The notes beneath the pieces are model-generated. The model worked only from the letters and a program-made list of their open reading frames with translations, was not told the DNA's origin and did no database searches. Source: Mobula hypostoma (Eukaryota). Taken from it: 64,000 bases of DNA. Position 1 is the first letter of the stretch; every line of letters starts with the position of its first letter. Positions 12,671 through 26,286 of the stretch are shown here, in pieces. The position numbers and the translations under genes were made by a program. The stretch is from positions 98,828,001 through 98,892,000 of the forward strand of contig NC_086104.1 of assembly GCF_963921235.1 (NCBI RefSeq), written 5' to 3'.

Positions 12671-13379
12671 TTCTTTGTAACCGGGCAACACATCACACAG
12701 CATCCACACAAATGAGGTTTCTTAGTTTGGTGGAGCTAGAAGCTGTCTTCCCCTAGACAAAGACATGCAGGCTGAGCCTGAGGGTTGCATATAAAATTTT
12801 CTTGAATGTTCCTCATGACTTTTCAATTTCCTTTTTGGCCATCTTAATTCCCTCGAGCTCTAGGAGCAAAGAACAATACAGGCTATTTGACCCATGATAT
12901 TGTGCTAACCAGGATGTCAATTTATACTACGTGTCTCCCTTCTGTATATCATCCATATCCCCCCCAGTCCCTTCATATTCACGTGTCCATCTAAAAGCCT
13001 TTTAAACTCCAGCAAACTGTCTGTTTCCATTAGTAGCTAACCTTAAAGCATGTCCTCTGGTGTTTGACATTTCTACCATGGGGAAAAGATTCCAATGATC
13101 TATCCCCATCTATTCCTCTCATAATTGTAAAAACCTCTGTTGGTTCCTTCCGCTGCCTCTGATATTCTATGAAAAACATAAGTCTGTCCAACATTTACAT
13201 TGGGCTCCTTTACTCTAACCCAGGTAGAGTCCTGGTGAACTTCTTCTGCACCCTTTCCGGAGCATCCTATACTGGCACAACCAGAACTGCACACGACACT
13301 CTAGTGTTGTCTGATTCAAGTTTTACAGAGGTGCAGTTTGACTTCATTACTGTTGTATTCAGCACCTCCGCTAGTGTAA

Positions 13380-15320
13380 ACAATGCAGGGTGCAGTGAGA
13401 CTGTGAGAAAGGACAGGATGATGGGGCAAAATTGAAAAGTGTTATGAATACAGGACTGGATGTGGTAGATTTGAATGCTCACAGTAAATGGAATGTCAGA
13501 TGATCTTGTTGCAAAGTTAGAGGTCGGCGTCTTTGAGACATGGCTGAAAGAAGATCATAATTGGGAGCTTAGCATCCAAGGATACACATTGTATTGAAAG
13601 TTCGGAGAGGGAGTGGGCTGTCTCTGTTGGTGAAAAATGAAATCAAATGTTAGAAAGAGGTGATATGGGTTCAGAAGATGTAGAATGCTTGTGTGTAGAG
13701 TTAAGAAATTGCAAGGGTAAAAAGACCCTAATGGGATTTATATACAGGACTCTAAATGGTAACCAGGATGTGGGATACAAATTACAATGGGATATGGAAA
13801 AGGCATGTAAAAAGGGCAATGTTATGATAGTCTGGGGGATTTCAGTATGCAAGTAGATTGGGAAAATCAATTTGATGCTGGATCTTGAGAGGGAATTTGC
13901 AGAATGCCTACAAGATTGCTATTTAGAGCAGCTCATGGTTGAGCCTACTTGGGGAAAGGCAATTCTGGATTGGATGATCTGTGATGAACCAGACAGGATT
14001 ATGGAGTTCAAGGTAAGCGAACCCTTTGGAGATAGTAATCATTATATGATAGAATTCATTCTGCAATTTCAAAGGGATAAGATAAACTCAGATGTATCAT
14101 TATTACTGTAGTGCTAGGGAAATTACAGAGGCATGAGAGAGGAACCAGCTAAAGTTGATTGAAAAATGAATGACAACAGAACAGCAATGACTGGAGTTTC
14201 TGGGGGCATGTTGGAAGGCAGAAGATTGATACATACCAAAGATGAAGTGGTATTCTAAAGGGATGATGAAGTAACTATGGCTGACAAAGGAAATCAAAGA
14301 CAGCATAAAGCAAAAGAGAGAGCAGATAATATAGAAAAAATTGTAGGAAATTAAAGACTGGGAAGCTTTCAAAAACAAACAGAAGGAAACTAAAAAAACA
14401 TAGAAAAGAATAGATTAAGTATGAAGGTAAATACTATAAATAGGATACCAAAACATTTCTCAGATATATAGAGTAAAAGAGGGAGGAGAGTGGATATCAG
14501 ACAATTGGAAAATTATGCTGGAGAGATAGTATTGGGGGACAAAAATACTGAATTAACTTAATAATGCATCAGACTTCACTGTGGATGATACTAGCAACAT
14601 GCCAGAATTTCGAGTGTCATGGGACAGAAGTGTGCATTCATTAGATTCCGGAATGGTTTAGAAGGACTGGAAAATTGCAAACATCACTCCACTCTTTGGA
14701 AAGGTAAAAGGCAAGAGGAAAGGAAATTACAGGCCAATTAACCACACTTCAGTGGTAGTGAAGGTGTTGGATTCCATTACTAAGGATGAGGCTTCGAGGT
14801 CAAGTTAGCATGATTTCTTGCAAGGGAAGTCTGTTGGAATTCTTTGAGGAAATAACAGACAGGATGCACAAATGAGAGTCAGTGGACACTGTTTACTTGG
14901 ATTTTCATAAGGCCTTGGACAAGGTGCCACTCATGAGGCTGCTTAACAAGTTGTGAGTCCATGGTAATACAAGAACGATCGTAGCATGGATAGACAATTG
15001 GCTGACTGGCAGGAGGCAAAGAGGAGGAATATGGGGGGCGGGTGGCCTTTTCTCGTTGACTGCCTGACACGTGTCAGTGTTCGGACCGCTTCTTTTTACA
15101 TGTTAATAATATGGACGATGGAATTGGCGGCTTTGTGGTCAGATTCGTGGATATGAAGCTTGGTGGTGTTACAGGGAGTGTTGTTGAGGCAGGGTGTCTG
15201 CAGAAGGACTGAGACAGATTGGGAGAATGGTCAAAGAATGGCAGCCGGAAAGTAGTGGAGGCCATGCACTCTGGTAGAAGGAATAAAAGCTTCCAGTAAT
15301 TTTCAACGGGGGGAATACCC
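13380..15320 (+). mobile_element. Decayed CR1 LINE ORF2 (endonuclease to RT)
   Basis: Fragments CVELRNCKGKKTLMGFIYR and VEPTWGKAILDW..GDSNHYMIEF; many stops. Confidence 0.85.
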
Positions 15321-15369
15321 AAAACTCAAACCACCTCCCCACCCCCAGTCAGCTTCAAACCGATGAAGG

Positions 15370-15470
15370 AAAAGCAGCCAATTGCAGCACTGAAACCTGG
15401 TAATGGACATTTCCCTTAGAACCAATCAGAGGGAATTGGGCGGCCCTTCATCAACCCTTTAAAAGCCAGC
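15370..15470 (+). promoter_or_regulatory. H3 promoter
   Basis: CCAAT at ~15378 and 15422, GGGCGG, TATA-like TTTAAAAG at 15458-15465. Confidence 0.7.
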
Positions 15471-15526
15471 CACGAATTCTACTCCTACATTTCAATTTCC
15501 GTAATTCAGATTACTCGGACCGCTGA

Positions 15527-15943
<417 letters not shown>

Positions 15944-15972
15944 ATCCGGCCTCGGCACCAAGCACAACAAAA

Positions 15973-16012
15973 GGCTCTTTTAAGAGCCACTAACTCAGCA
16001 GTGGAAAGGGCT
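15973..16012 (+). promoter_or_regulatory. Histone stem-loop and HDE (H3)
   Basis: GGCTCTTTTAAGAGCC 15973-15988; ggaaagggct downstream. Confidence 0.97.
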
Positions 16013-16904
16013 GTCATTTCCTATTCATTCACCTTTTGTGTTTCCGACACGCCGATTTCCTCTGATCCTTCCCTGTGGGTGTTTTGTTTAATATTGTTCA
16101 ATAATTCATCCCAGTTTGTTACAGACTCCAACACGGCCGGACCCACCAACACAGAGAATCAGCAGTTCTGTGCCGTTGGGTTAACGGCAGCGCGAACATC
16201 AGAGATAAACTTCTCCCTTGCCCTCAGGGTGTCTCTGTCCCCAGACCCCTGCCGTGAACAGCTGGTTATGATCACCAAGTTTTCTAGGTATCTGCGGTTG
16301 TTACAGTCGTGGAGAATGGGTTTCAATCGTCTCCCGGTCCCATTTCTGCTCGAGTACATGATCAACTCACGAGGACACATCAGCCTGTAGACACTGGAAT
16401 TCCGGTTCTTTCACAGAACTTTTTTCATGTTACAAACTCTCCTTAGACCGAGTTTGCGAGAGACTAATGCAGAATCGCGTTCATACAGACAGACCGCGAG
16501 TATAAACTGGATCGGCTTTTGGAAACTAAATGTCCAGAAACATTCAAACTGGTGAGTTAATTAACACTTAGGGTGTTACCGTAAAATAAATCTTGATCGA
16601 ATTCATGAGTCAATGCTTATTTTTGCAGGCTACGGTTTATAAACTTTCTGGCGGGCTTTTCAAATTTCAGGCCAGCTGGGGTACTTTCAACGCTCTTCTT
16701 TCCGCTCTCTGGGTTATTGTTCTCACAAGAGAATGGGAATTTAATCTCTTTAATGTAACAACGGTGTTGTTCGTGACCCTATACCGCCCAGAATGTTCCG
16801 AGCGGGTTCAAATCCATGGGACAATTGTCACCCTTTGTTTTAACATTAATCGCATAAGAGTTAACATTTCGGGTCAATGCTATGGGACCTGCTCTCCCCG
16901 GTCA

Positions 16905-16945
16905 CTGCTCTCTCCGTGAGGCGGTGGGCGGCTCTTAGAAGAGCC
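16905..16945 (-). promoter_or_regulatory. Histone stem-loop and HDE (H4)
   Basis: Minus strand GGCTCTTCTAAGAGCC (16945-16930), then ggagagagcag. Confidence 0.95.
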
Positions 16946-16977
16946 TTTGTTTTGTGTTTGGAAGAACGAAGAGTTCC

Positions 16978-17298
<321 letters not shown>

Positions 17299-17339
17299 TC
17301 ACTCCAGTCGTCGTTCAGTAACAAACTGTGTACTGGTGT

Positions 17340-17500
17340 CATCTTTTATACACAGCGCCCCGACCTGTCCGAGAAACGCGCAGAGAGAGAGAGGGGAGGA
17401 GACAAAGTGACGGGCAAGGAAGAGAGAGAGAGACGGGAGGGGTGGAGACAGAGTGATGGACAGTGCGGGAGGGGGGGTGGGGGAGAGAGAGAGTGTTAGA
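17340..17500 (-). promoter_or_regulatory. H4 promoter (TATA, GGTC-type element) with upstream GA/CT-rich tract
   Basis: TATAAAAG at 17350-17343 preceded by cggacaggtcggggcg; (GA)n-rich 17381-17500. Confidence 0.7.
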
Positions 17501-20500
17501 GATTGGGAGGGCTGGAAACAGTCCGTGACAGAGTAGAGGGCGGCTTCTCATCTTTATGATCCACAACCGCCAGTTTTCAACGGTTTGGCCGCAACGGAAC
17601 AGAAACCCAGCGCTCCGGGTAAAAAAACAACAGATGCACAGATCCGATATCGAAGGTTGGTCAGTGACATTACCACATAACGCCCTAGATAACTGACGCA
17701 CACCTCTTCAAATTTCTTCTGAATGCTCCGAAAATTAACCGATGATATTCTGGAAAAAGAATAAAGACCAGAGTTCTGACATTCAAATAAAACACAGCTC
17801 AGGCAGCAACCGTGAACGTTTCAAACGTTATAACGTTTCAGGCAGGAACCTCTTCAGATAACATTCTGCTATCTTTCAACATTTAGATAATGTGCTTTAT
17901 TGCATATTTTCCTGCAAAAATGTACAATCTCACTTCCTCTCACAATGTCTCTCTATAGCCTCCTTACCCCATCTTCACAACTGAACGTTCCCATCTCTCT
18001 TTATGTCACCAGTAAGTTCAGTATTCACGGTGAGCTTTCATTTTCCTGATACCCTGTGAAGGAGCAGCTTATCAAATGGACATTGTAGTTCAGGACAACC
18101 ACCGTTTCCTTTATCCGCAGCTTGTGTTCCCACTCCAAAGATTCGAGTGTAATTGTGAAACGTGGAATCACCTTCACAAAACCCTGTCCACTTCGCTTGA
18201 TTGTTTGAAGTTTTGGAAATGTGCATTTATTCTCCCTGTTGTTACAGCTTCAAGCGTTCTCTGGGACAGGTGATAAACTGTGGAAAGGTGACCAGAATTC
18301 GCACAATACTCCGAATTTGGCCTCATCAAGTTCAAGTTAACATGCTGACTCCCGTACCCAATGTTTTGATTTATGAAGGCCAGTGTGCCTAGAGTTCTCT
18401 TTACACGTGACACCACTTTCAAGGAATAATCTGTCTGCCTTCCCGGATCACTGCAAGCTACAATACCCTTCCTCGCTATTCACTACACACACAATCTTGC
18501 TGTCATCTGCAAATGTGCTGATCCGTTTTACCACATTATCATCCAGATCCTTGATATAGATGACAGACAAACATTGATCCCTGCTTTAGAGGGGATATGA
18601 TTTTGGATATAGAAAATCATGTGGGGTAGAGTTTGGGTAGGTTGCAGAGAGCTTCCCCCATATCAGAAGTGGATAGATGTGCTGTACAGGGTGGGGTGAG
18701 GAGGTCCTGTTCACCCAGACAGTGTTGAGTACCTGGAGTACACTGCCAGAGAGGATGGTGAAAGTGGAGTCACGGGTGGTATTTCAGAAATGTCTCATCA
18801 AACATGAAGCTTAGAAAAATAGAGGGCTATGGGTAACCCTCTATTCTAAAATAAGTACATGTTAGGCACAGCATCATGGGCTGAAGGGCCTGAATTGTGC
18901 TGTAGCTTTTCTATGTTTCCATGTTTTCTATGTTCAAACCATTGAATTACCAAGGCTACAGGCCAAGTATCGGAATATGGATGAGTTCCCAATGGCTGGT
19001 AGAGAGATGATGGGCCAAATGGCCTGTGATAGTGCTGTAACATTCTGTTAAAGTGAGAATCAACAAACTCCTACTACTAGAATCATTAAACCAGGTCAAT
19101 ACGATAATTGTATTCACCATCTGTCCCCATTAACCCTTTCCACCTAGCCTTAGTTTATATCGATATTTATATCATCCCAAGTAGTTTAGTTTGGGATGGG
19201 GGTGGAGGTGAGGCTTTACTCTGGATGGGGCGGAGGCAGCTGAACTGAAGTGGGGTTGGTCTGTACATGCTGCGGTTTTGAAGAATGAGATGATATAATT
19301 GGCTTCTGGAGTTTGCTGATTAATGTCGAAAGACGGATAAGACAGCAAATGGATCAGGTGAGCTGCTCCTTGCTCCCTGCCATTATCAAGCAGACATGCG
19401 AGCAGACTGGTAGGGTCTGGTGGGACGAGTGTTTCTCCACAGTGGGCATAATCTCTTCCCGCCTGCCACCATGGGAATGGTGAGTGTCTGTCAGTGCCTT
19501 ACTGCACCAGCTCCATAGTGCAGGTTTTCCATTCTCATCCTCGGGCTCACATCCCTCCTTGGTCCTCAGCCTCTCACTCTCCCTGTAACATCTTCACATC
19601 CTGACAAACTCTCACAGTTCTGCTGTCCTCCCTCTGTGGCCTCTTCTGCCTCTATATATCAGTACCCTTTTCAGATCAGAGACCTGTGACAGTCGTGTGC
19701 TACAGGGATCCGTGCCTGGTCCCATGTTGTTTGTCATGGGTGTGTATGCTGATAAATAAATTTACTTTTTTAATGAAGTAGATTGGAGGCCTGTGACCAG
19801 CGGTACTGCTGGGGAAGGTGCTGTGTATTTTGTTTATCAAATATATTGACAATTTGTATGAGAATATATTTGGCATCTTTACTAAGTTTGCAGTTGATAC
19901 CAAAACTGATGGTATTCTGAAGTGAAGTAGGTCGTTCATTTAGAATGGGACATAGAACAACTACAAAATTGGGCCAGATAGAATTTAATTCAGAGAAATG
20001 CTGAACATTATATTTTAGTCAGTTAAACCAGAGCAAAAGATTAGTTGCAGAATGGAGGGATCTCAGGGTAGAATTTCTGAAAGTGCCTACGAAGGTAGAC
20101 ACAGTGGTGAAGAAAGTGCTCGACTTCACTTGCCTTCATTGATCAGGCCATTGAGTACATGTGTTGGGATGTTATGTTACAACTGTACAGGATGTTGGTT
20201 GGATGGCACTTGGGATATTGTGTATAGTTCTGGTCACCTTGATGTGATTCAGCTGGAAAGGGCACAGAATGGTTCACAAGGAAGTGACTGGGACTGGAGG
20301 GCTTGAGTTCCAATGAGAGACTGGATAGGCTGTTTTCTCTGGAGCACAGGAAGACGAGGTGGGAGCTCAGAGGTTTATTAAATCATGGATAAATAACAAT
20401 CAGACATAAATTCTTCTGTAGCCTCACACTAACACTCTCTACCTTCCTCCAGTTCTTGTGACCCTCTGAAATGTCTGTTCTCCTCCATCCTTGGCCCTTT

Positions 20501-21460
20501 TGAATCCTCACTTCCGATTTTAGATCAGAGCACTCTGCTCTCTTGTTTCTCATATGCATTGGTGATTTGGATGGGAATGTAAATGGCTTAACTCATACAC
20601 TCACAGCTGACACCAAATTGGTGGTATAGCGGACAATTCTGAAGTTTGTGATATAGATTCATTAGGAACACGAGCAAGGAAATGGCAGATGTAATTTAAC
20701 TCAGACAGAAACAGAGTGAGCCAATTTGGTAATTTAGATTGGGTGGTGCCTGCTTCATAAATGGCAGGGCCCTGGTGAGTGTTGTAAATCAGAGAGACAA
20801 AAGGGTGTAAATACATAGATCCCTAAAAGTGGCAACATAGGTAGACAGGGTGGTGAAGAGACATCTAATATGTTTGCCTTCACCAGTTGGAGCACTGAGT
20901 TCAATTCCTTGGAGGTCATGTGACTGAGCACAAGACATTCCTGAGACTTTACTTGGTGAACTATGTGCAGTTTCGGTCACAGAGCCGCAGGAAATATGTC
21001 ATTTGAGCTGGAAAGGGAGTAGAAAATATTCACAACGATGTCTCTGGGAACTGGAGTTATATCGAGAGGACTGGAGTTACAAGCAGAGAACTGATAGACA
21101 GGGACTTTTCTCTGGAGTATAAGGGCTGAAGGGGTTATATACGCTTGAGGGGCATCAGTAAGGTGGATGGTCAGAGTCTTTTCCCTTCAGCAGAGGGAAA
21201 TCTATATGTAAAGGGCATAAATATGTTGTGAGAGGATAAAGGTTTTAAAAGACCTGTGGGGCAGATTGTATCGAAGGGATAGGAAGGTAGGCAGAGGGGG
21301 TAGTGTGGTTCTGCTAGTAAAGAATGGCATCAAATCATTAGAAAGATGTGACATAGAATTTGAATTAAGAAAATAAGGGTGAAAGGACCCTGATGGCAGG
21401 GTCCATACTGCCGCTGGGATGCCGCAGATGGGTTGGGAAAATCAGGTTGGTAATGAATCT

Positions 21461-22319
21461 TGTTACGTACCCCGTAACTGGGTTGCCAAACCAGCAGAAA
21501 TGGATCACTCAGTTGGAGTCTGGAGTACTAGAACTAAGAAAGTTTTATTAAAGAAACAAGCAACACAGTAATCGAAAGGATAATAAATGCAACAATTCAA
21601 CAATGATAACCACACATGTGCACAGAATTAAGATAACAGCATCAATCAAGCTCTATCGTTGTCTAGGGGTAAATGACCAATTTCAAAATGACTCAAAGTT
21701 CAGTCCAGTTTGTAGTTCAGTTCGCAGTAATCGTTGCCATGGCGATGGACAAGGTGGGGGAAGAGAGACAGAATAGGAACAACTGATCATTCAGAACACT
21801 GCTTCACTCACAGACCAGCGGGATGGCTCACAAACAGCTTTTGGGCGGGTCCTTGGTGATGTCACCTGAGGTCACCGACTGTGACCCCTCCTCCAGATGC
21901 GGTCGATCCTCTGCAGTGAACCCGGCACCCAGGCAAGGGCGGACACACACCGGGTTCCCGCTGATCGTACCTTTCCACCCTGGTCGTTGTCTGGCACTTC
22001 TCACCCACTCGTGAGAAGCGTACCGCTTCCAGGGTCTCGTTACCTCGGGTGGCGTGTGTGTCTGTCTTAGCGAACCTGTCCCTTTTTATCCCCCTGCTGG
22101 GGTATCGCCTGTCCATCACTTCAAACAGTTCAGGGTTCAAAGGGGGGAGCCGCTCCAGACAGCTCTTCCTCCCACATCCCTTCATTACACATCTCCAGAC
22201 GCTGCTCCATTGTTCCTTATCTCTCCTTCCCCTGAGGGCAGGTGGCAGACCAACTGCTGATGCCACTGATGCTAGCCCAGGCCAGCAAACATCTTAATTT
22301 TATGTGTATTCTCGTAACA
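21461..22319 (-). repeat. 3' LTR
   Basis: Direct repeat of 25428-26286; adjacent polypurine tract AAAGGGGGGAAG (minus strand, 22320-22331). Confidence 0.97.
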
Positions 22320-22491
22320 CTTCCCCCCTTTAAGGATTTTTACCGGGAGGTAAAAATTACAAACATGACTACATTATCTGATACATACACAATATACATC
22401 TTTAACAGTTATTTAGCTAATACAGAGAATTTGAAGCTGTCAACACCTTGACAGACAGTCATCACATTTTCTGTTCCTTTTACACGTGTTA

Positions 22492-23949
22492 TTAATAATC
22501 CCTTAGACCAGGCTCCAACTCAGCAAACTTCATAGTGGCCAAAAACACTGATGAATTGCGACCAATGTAACCTCTCATTTGGTTTTGTCCCGGACCACAA
22601 CAACAAGGGTCGTCCCATTCCGACTCAATTTTCTCTCGCAAGGGCTTAGTAGGAGGGGGACGGGTATTGACCGCAGAGTTATTGCAAAACTTCCTGCAGT
22701 ACCCCACCATCTCCAAAAGCCTTCTGAGGGCCCTCTTGTCTGTCGGGGTTGGGAGGTCAGCGATAGCCTGCACTGTAGCTTGCATCACTGCCAGCTGCCC
22801 CTGTGTCACCACAATTCCCAGGTAAGTGACTCTCGTGTGGCCGAATTCATTTTTTTCAAGGTTCACTATCAAGCTGGCTTCAGACAGCCGTATTAAATTG
22901 CCAATACACACCTCTGTGTTCATCAGCCCTTTAGTCACTGAATTACTCAAAAAATATGGGTGTTGTTTACTTGGCCGCCCTATTGTAACCACAATCACCC
23001 AACGTCCCAGTTCTTTGCATTTCCTCGGGACAATCAAACACATGGGTGCGAGTCGTTTAATTACTCCTTGGGGGATTAAGGGAGAGACCTTATCAGTAGA
23101 CCTGGCCAAAACAATAGCCTTCTCCCATCTGACCGATCCCATCCTAATCTTTTCAAAATGGTTTTTTCCTCTTAGCAAGGGGCCCCTAGCTTCATTGATT
23201 TCCACGCTAACACCGACTAGGTTTGTTAGCATATCAAAAGCCGGTGACCGTCTCAGTTCGCGTCGGTCATGATCAATAACATTTTTCCCCCTGGGCAGCC
23301 GGTAACTCTCTTTCATGATTCCACCAACTGTTTCCTCCAGCACCGCAAAATGTCCACCGGGGGGTACCTCGTGGGCCATGTTAAAAACCTCATCCCCATA
23401 ACTCTTTTGCACCACCCCCCACTCCTCATCTGCGGATGCTGTACTTGATTTCCCTTTCTTCCTTAGCACCTCCTTATCCGCACAATAGCTTGTCAAGGCT
23501 GTGTCAGAGAGAGCGGTCTCGGCCAAAACCATCAGCCCCTCGTCTCGCTCCTGCGTCTGCACAAATTCTTTCCTGGCTACTGCTACGTCCGTCCCAGCTC
23601 CCTCACTACCTCTTATCTCACTACACCCTGTCTCATACAAGGTTGGCAGAAATGTTTCAGCCAAATTCACCATCGCGGGCGGGGCCTCCATGCTGGCAGG
23701 CTGACCCGTCAATCTCACGACTGGGAACACGATTCCTCCGGCGATGTCATTACCGAGCAAGACTTCCACGTCTTTCATCGGTAATTCGGACCTCACCCCG
23801 ATCGTGACTAGTCCAGAGACCAGGTTGCTCTGTAAATGTATCTGGTGCAAAGGGACCGACTCTGTCCCTTCCCCAACACCTTTGACCTCTACCTCCCCAG
23901 TCTGGGTCTCTGAGCTAAAAATACACTCTTCAGTATTAGTGACTGACAC
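22492..23949 (-). pseudogene. Collapsed pol ORF: protease C-half plus integrase and RT/RNase H remnants
   Basis: VPLHQIHL..LLGNDIAGG (protease); AHEVPPGGHF (integrase HH); LIVNLEKNEFGHTRVTYLG..PTPTDKRALRRLLEMVGYCRKF (RT thumb). No YxDD and no DDE core. Confidence 0.85.
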
Positions 23950-25328
23950 GCTCCCGTGTCTCTCCAGATCCGCACTGGAACTGGTTTTAACCTCTTTTTC
24001 ACTGACACCAGTCCGGCCGAGATAAACCTCTCGCGCCCTTCCTGGACTTTTTCAGACCTGTCCTTCCCTAGCGGTTCACTTAACAGCTCAATACAGCCAT
24101 TCAAAATTTCCGCTTTTCCTTTCCCCGTCTCCTTCCTTGGGGCAAAGCACCTGGACGCAAAGTGTCCGACTTTCCCACAATTATAACAGACGACCCCAGG
24201 AGACTTCCTACCAGACTGCTCCCGGTCTACCTTATCCTTTTCACTAGTCCCCGGCTTACTTTCTGACTTTTCCGGTGGACTCTCCCCGCCGTCCTGACTA
24301 CCCTTCTGGTAGCCTTTACTCGGGGCAAACTTCATTTTATGCGTCAACGCATACTCATCCGCTAACTTAGCAGTTGCGGCTAACGTGGCTGCCTCTTTCT
24401 CATCGAGGTAGGGTCTCATACCCTCAGGGACACAACCTTTAAACTGCTCAATCAGAATCAGCTGCAGCAGTCTGTCATAATCCCCCTCTACCCCTTTCGA
24501 GGCGCACCAACGCTCACAATATGTTTGCATCTCGCGAGCAAACTCCAAATACGTGCGGTCCCACCGCTTCCTCGCATTCCGGAACCTCTGCCGGTATGCC
24601 TCCGGGACCAACTCATAAATCCTGAGGATGGCCTCCTTCACCACCTCATACTTCTGGGCATCTTCCGCGGATAAAGCGGAGTAAGCTTGTTGGGCTTTCC
24701 CTTTCAGTACACTCTGAAGTAAGACAACCCACTTATCCCTCGGCCATTCCTGACTTATGGCCACTTTTTCGAAATGGAGAAAGTACCGATCCACATCGGT
24801 ATCGTCAAATGGGGGAACCAGCCTAACCTCCTGGGTCGCCCGGAACCCTCCACCTTGGTTCGGCACGAGCCCCTGCTCGGCCCTTATCTTTAACTTCTCC
24901 AGCTCAAATTCCCTTTCCCTCTGTTTCTCCTCTCTCTCCAACTGTCTGTCCCTCTCTTGCCTTTCTACCTCTTTCTCTCTCTCTCGCCTTTCTACCTCTT
25001 TCTCTCTCTCTTGTCTTTCTACCTCTTTCTCTCTCTCCTGCCTTTCTAACTGCCGTACCCGGAACTCGTGCTCGAGTCTCAGTTTTTCCAGCTGTACCTG
25101 TACCGCGTCTCCAGCAGGTTTTTCAATAGACACCTCCCCCAGCTCACCTTGGGGAAACACACCTTTAGATACATAGTGCTCTACAATAGCTCTGTGTATC
25201 TCCTCTCTCCTCATTGTCGACTTCACCTTAGCAAGATTCACCCGTTTTGCCACAGCTATCAATTCCGATTTCCTGGCATCCTCTAATGCCTCCAAGGTCG
25301 GCGCCTTTATAAATTCCTCAACCTCCAT
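23889..25328 (-). CDS. gag: Gag (coiled coil, SCAN-like capsid CTD, CCHC knuckle) plus protease active site
   Basis: Repeated ERQEREKEV; LILIEQFKGCVP..LADEY; CYNCGKVGHFASRC; RDTGACQS; 479 aa uninterrupted. Confidence 0.92.
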   Translation of the reverse strand: MEVEEFIKAPTLEALEDARKSELIAVAKRVNLAKVKSTMRREEIHRAIVEHYVSKGVFPQGELGEVSIEKPAGDAVQVQLEKLRLEHEFRVRQLERQEREKEVERQEREKEVERREREKEVERQERDRQLEREEKQREREFELEKLKIRAEQGLVPNQGGGFRATQEVRLVPPFDDTDVDRYFLHFEKVAISQEWPRDKWVVLLQSVLKGKAQQAYSALSAEDAQKYEVVKEAILRIYELVPEAYRQRFRNARKRWDRTYLEFAREMQTYCERWCASKGVEGDYDRLLQLILIEQFKGCVPEGMRPYLDEKEAATLAATAKLADEYALTHKMKFAPSKGYQKGSQDGGESPPEKSESKPGTSEKDKVDREQSGRKSPGVVCYNCGKVGHFASRCFAPRKETGKGKAEILNGCIELLSEPLGKDRSEKVQEGRERFISAGLVSVKKRLKPVPVRIWRDTGACQSLILKSVFLAQRPRLGR

Positions 25329-25404
25329 TTCTGCTGTTTGTCTTTTCTTTCTTTCGGGAATTTTAACCCAATCAATTTACTCCGTCCCAAATTTAGCGTT
25401 CAAA

Positions 25405-25423
25405 ATCGCGGACGAGAACCCCA
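25405..25423 (-). promoter_or_regulatory. Primer-binding site, tRNA-Pro-like
   Basis: TGGGGTTCTCGTCCGCGAT, 4 nt inside the 5' LTR; resembles the tRNA-Pro PBS TGGGGGCTCGTCCGGGAT. Confidence 0.75.
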
Positions 25424-25427
25424 CTTA

Positions 25428-26286
25428 TGTTACGTACCCCGTAACTGGGTTGCCAAACCAGCAGAAATGGATCACTCAGTTGGAGTCTGGAGTACTAGAA
25501 CTAAGAAAGTTTTATTAAAGAAACAAGCAACACAGTAATCGAAAGGATAATAAATGCAACAATTCAACAATGATAACCACACATGTGCACAGAATTAAGA
25601 TAACAGCATCAATCAAGCTCTATCGTTGTCTAGGGGTAAATGACCAATTTCAAAATGACTCAAAGTTCAGTCCAGTTTGTAGTTCAGTTCGCAGTAATCG
25701 TTGCCATGGCGATGGACAAGGTGGGGGAAGAGAGACAGAATAGGAACAACTGATCATTCAGAACACTGCTTCACTCACAGACCAGCGGGATGGCTCACAA
25801 ACAGCTTTTGGGCGGGTCCTTGGTGATGTCACCTGAGGTCACCGACTGTGACCCCTCCTCCAGATGCGGTCGATCCTCTGCAGTGAACCCGGCACCCAGG
25901 CAAGGGCGGACACACACCGGGTTCCCGCTGATCGTACCTTTCCACCCTGGTCGTTGTCTGGCACTTCTCACCCACTCGTGAGAAGCGTACCGCTTCCAGG
26001 GTCTCGTTACCTCGGGTGGCGTGTGTGTCTGTCTTAGCGAACCTGTCCCTTTTTATCCCCCTGCTGGGGTATCGCCTGTCCATCACTTCAAACAGTTCAG
26101 GGTTCAAAGGGGGGAGCCGCTCCAGACAGCTCTTCCTCCCACATCCCTTCATTACACATCTCCAGACGCTGCTCCATTGTTCCTTATCTCTCCTTCCCCT
26201 GAGGGCAGGTGGCAGACCAACTGCTGATGCCACTGATGCTCGCCCAGGCCAGCAAACATCTTAATTTTATGTGTATTCTCGTAACA
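25428..26286 (-). repeat. 5' LTR
   Basis: 859 bp; only one difference from the other LTR noticed by eye (gctAgccc vs gctCgccc). Confidence 0.97.

Larger units (their letters stand above)
21461..26286 (-). mobile_element. Young, internally deleted Gmr1-like Ty3/Gypsy LTR retrotransposon
   Basis: Two 859-bp LTRs (TGTTAC...GTAACA), 4-bp TSD ATCT, PBS and PPT, gag-protease ORF, and pol remnants in the order INT then RT then RH. Confidence 0.97.

Noticed and set aside
19200-19700. Non-repeat-looking segment, possible exon
   Set aside because: No convincing ORF or motif found by eye; left unassigned.
21862-22266. Duplicated 134-aa ORF (also 25829-26233)
   Set aside because: Lies within the LTRs and has no recognisable domain.
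23889-25328. Domesticated SCAN/Gag host gene
   Set aside because: Enclosed by near-identical LTRs with PBS, PPT and TSD, so it is a recent transposon.
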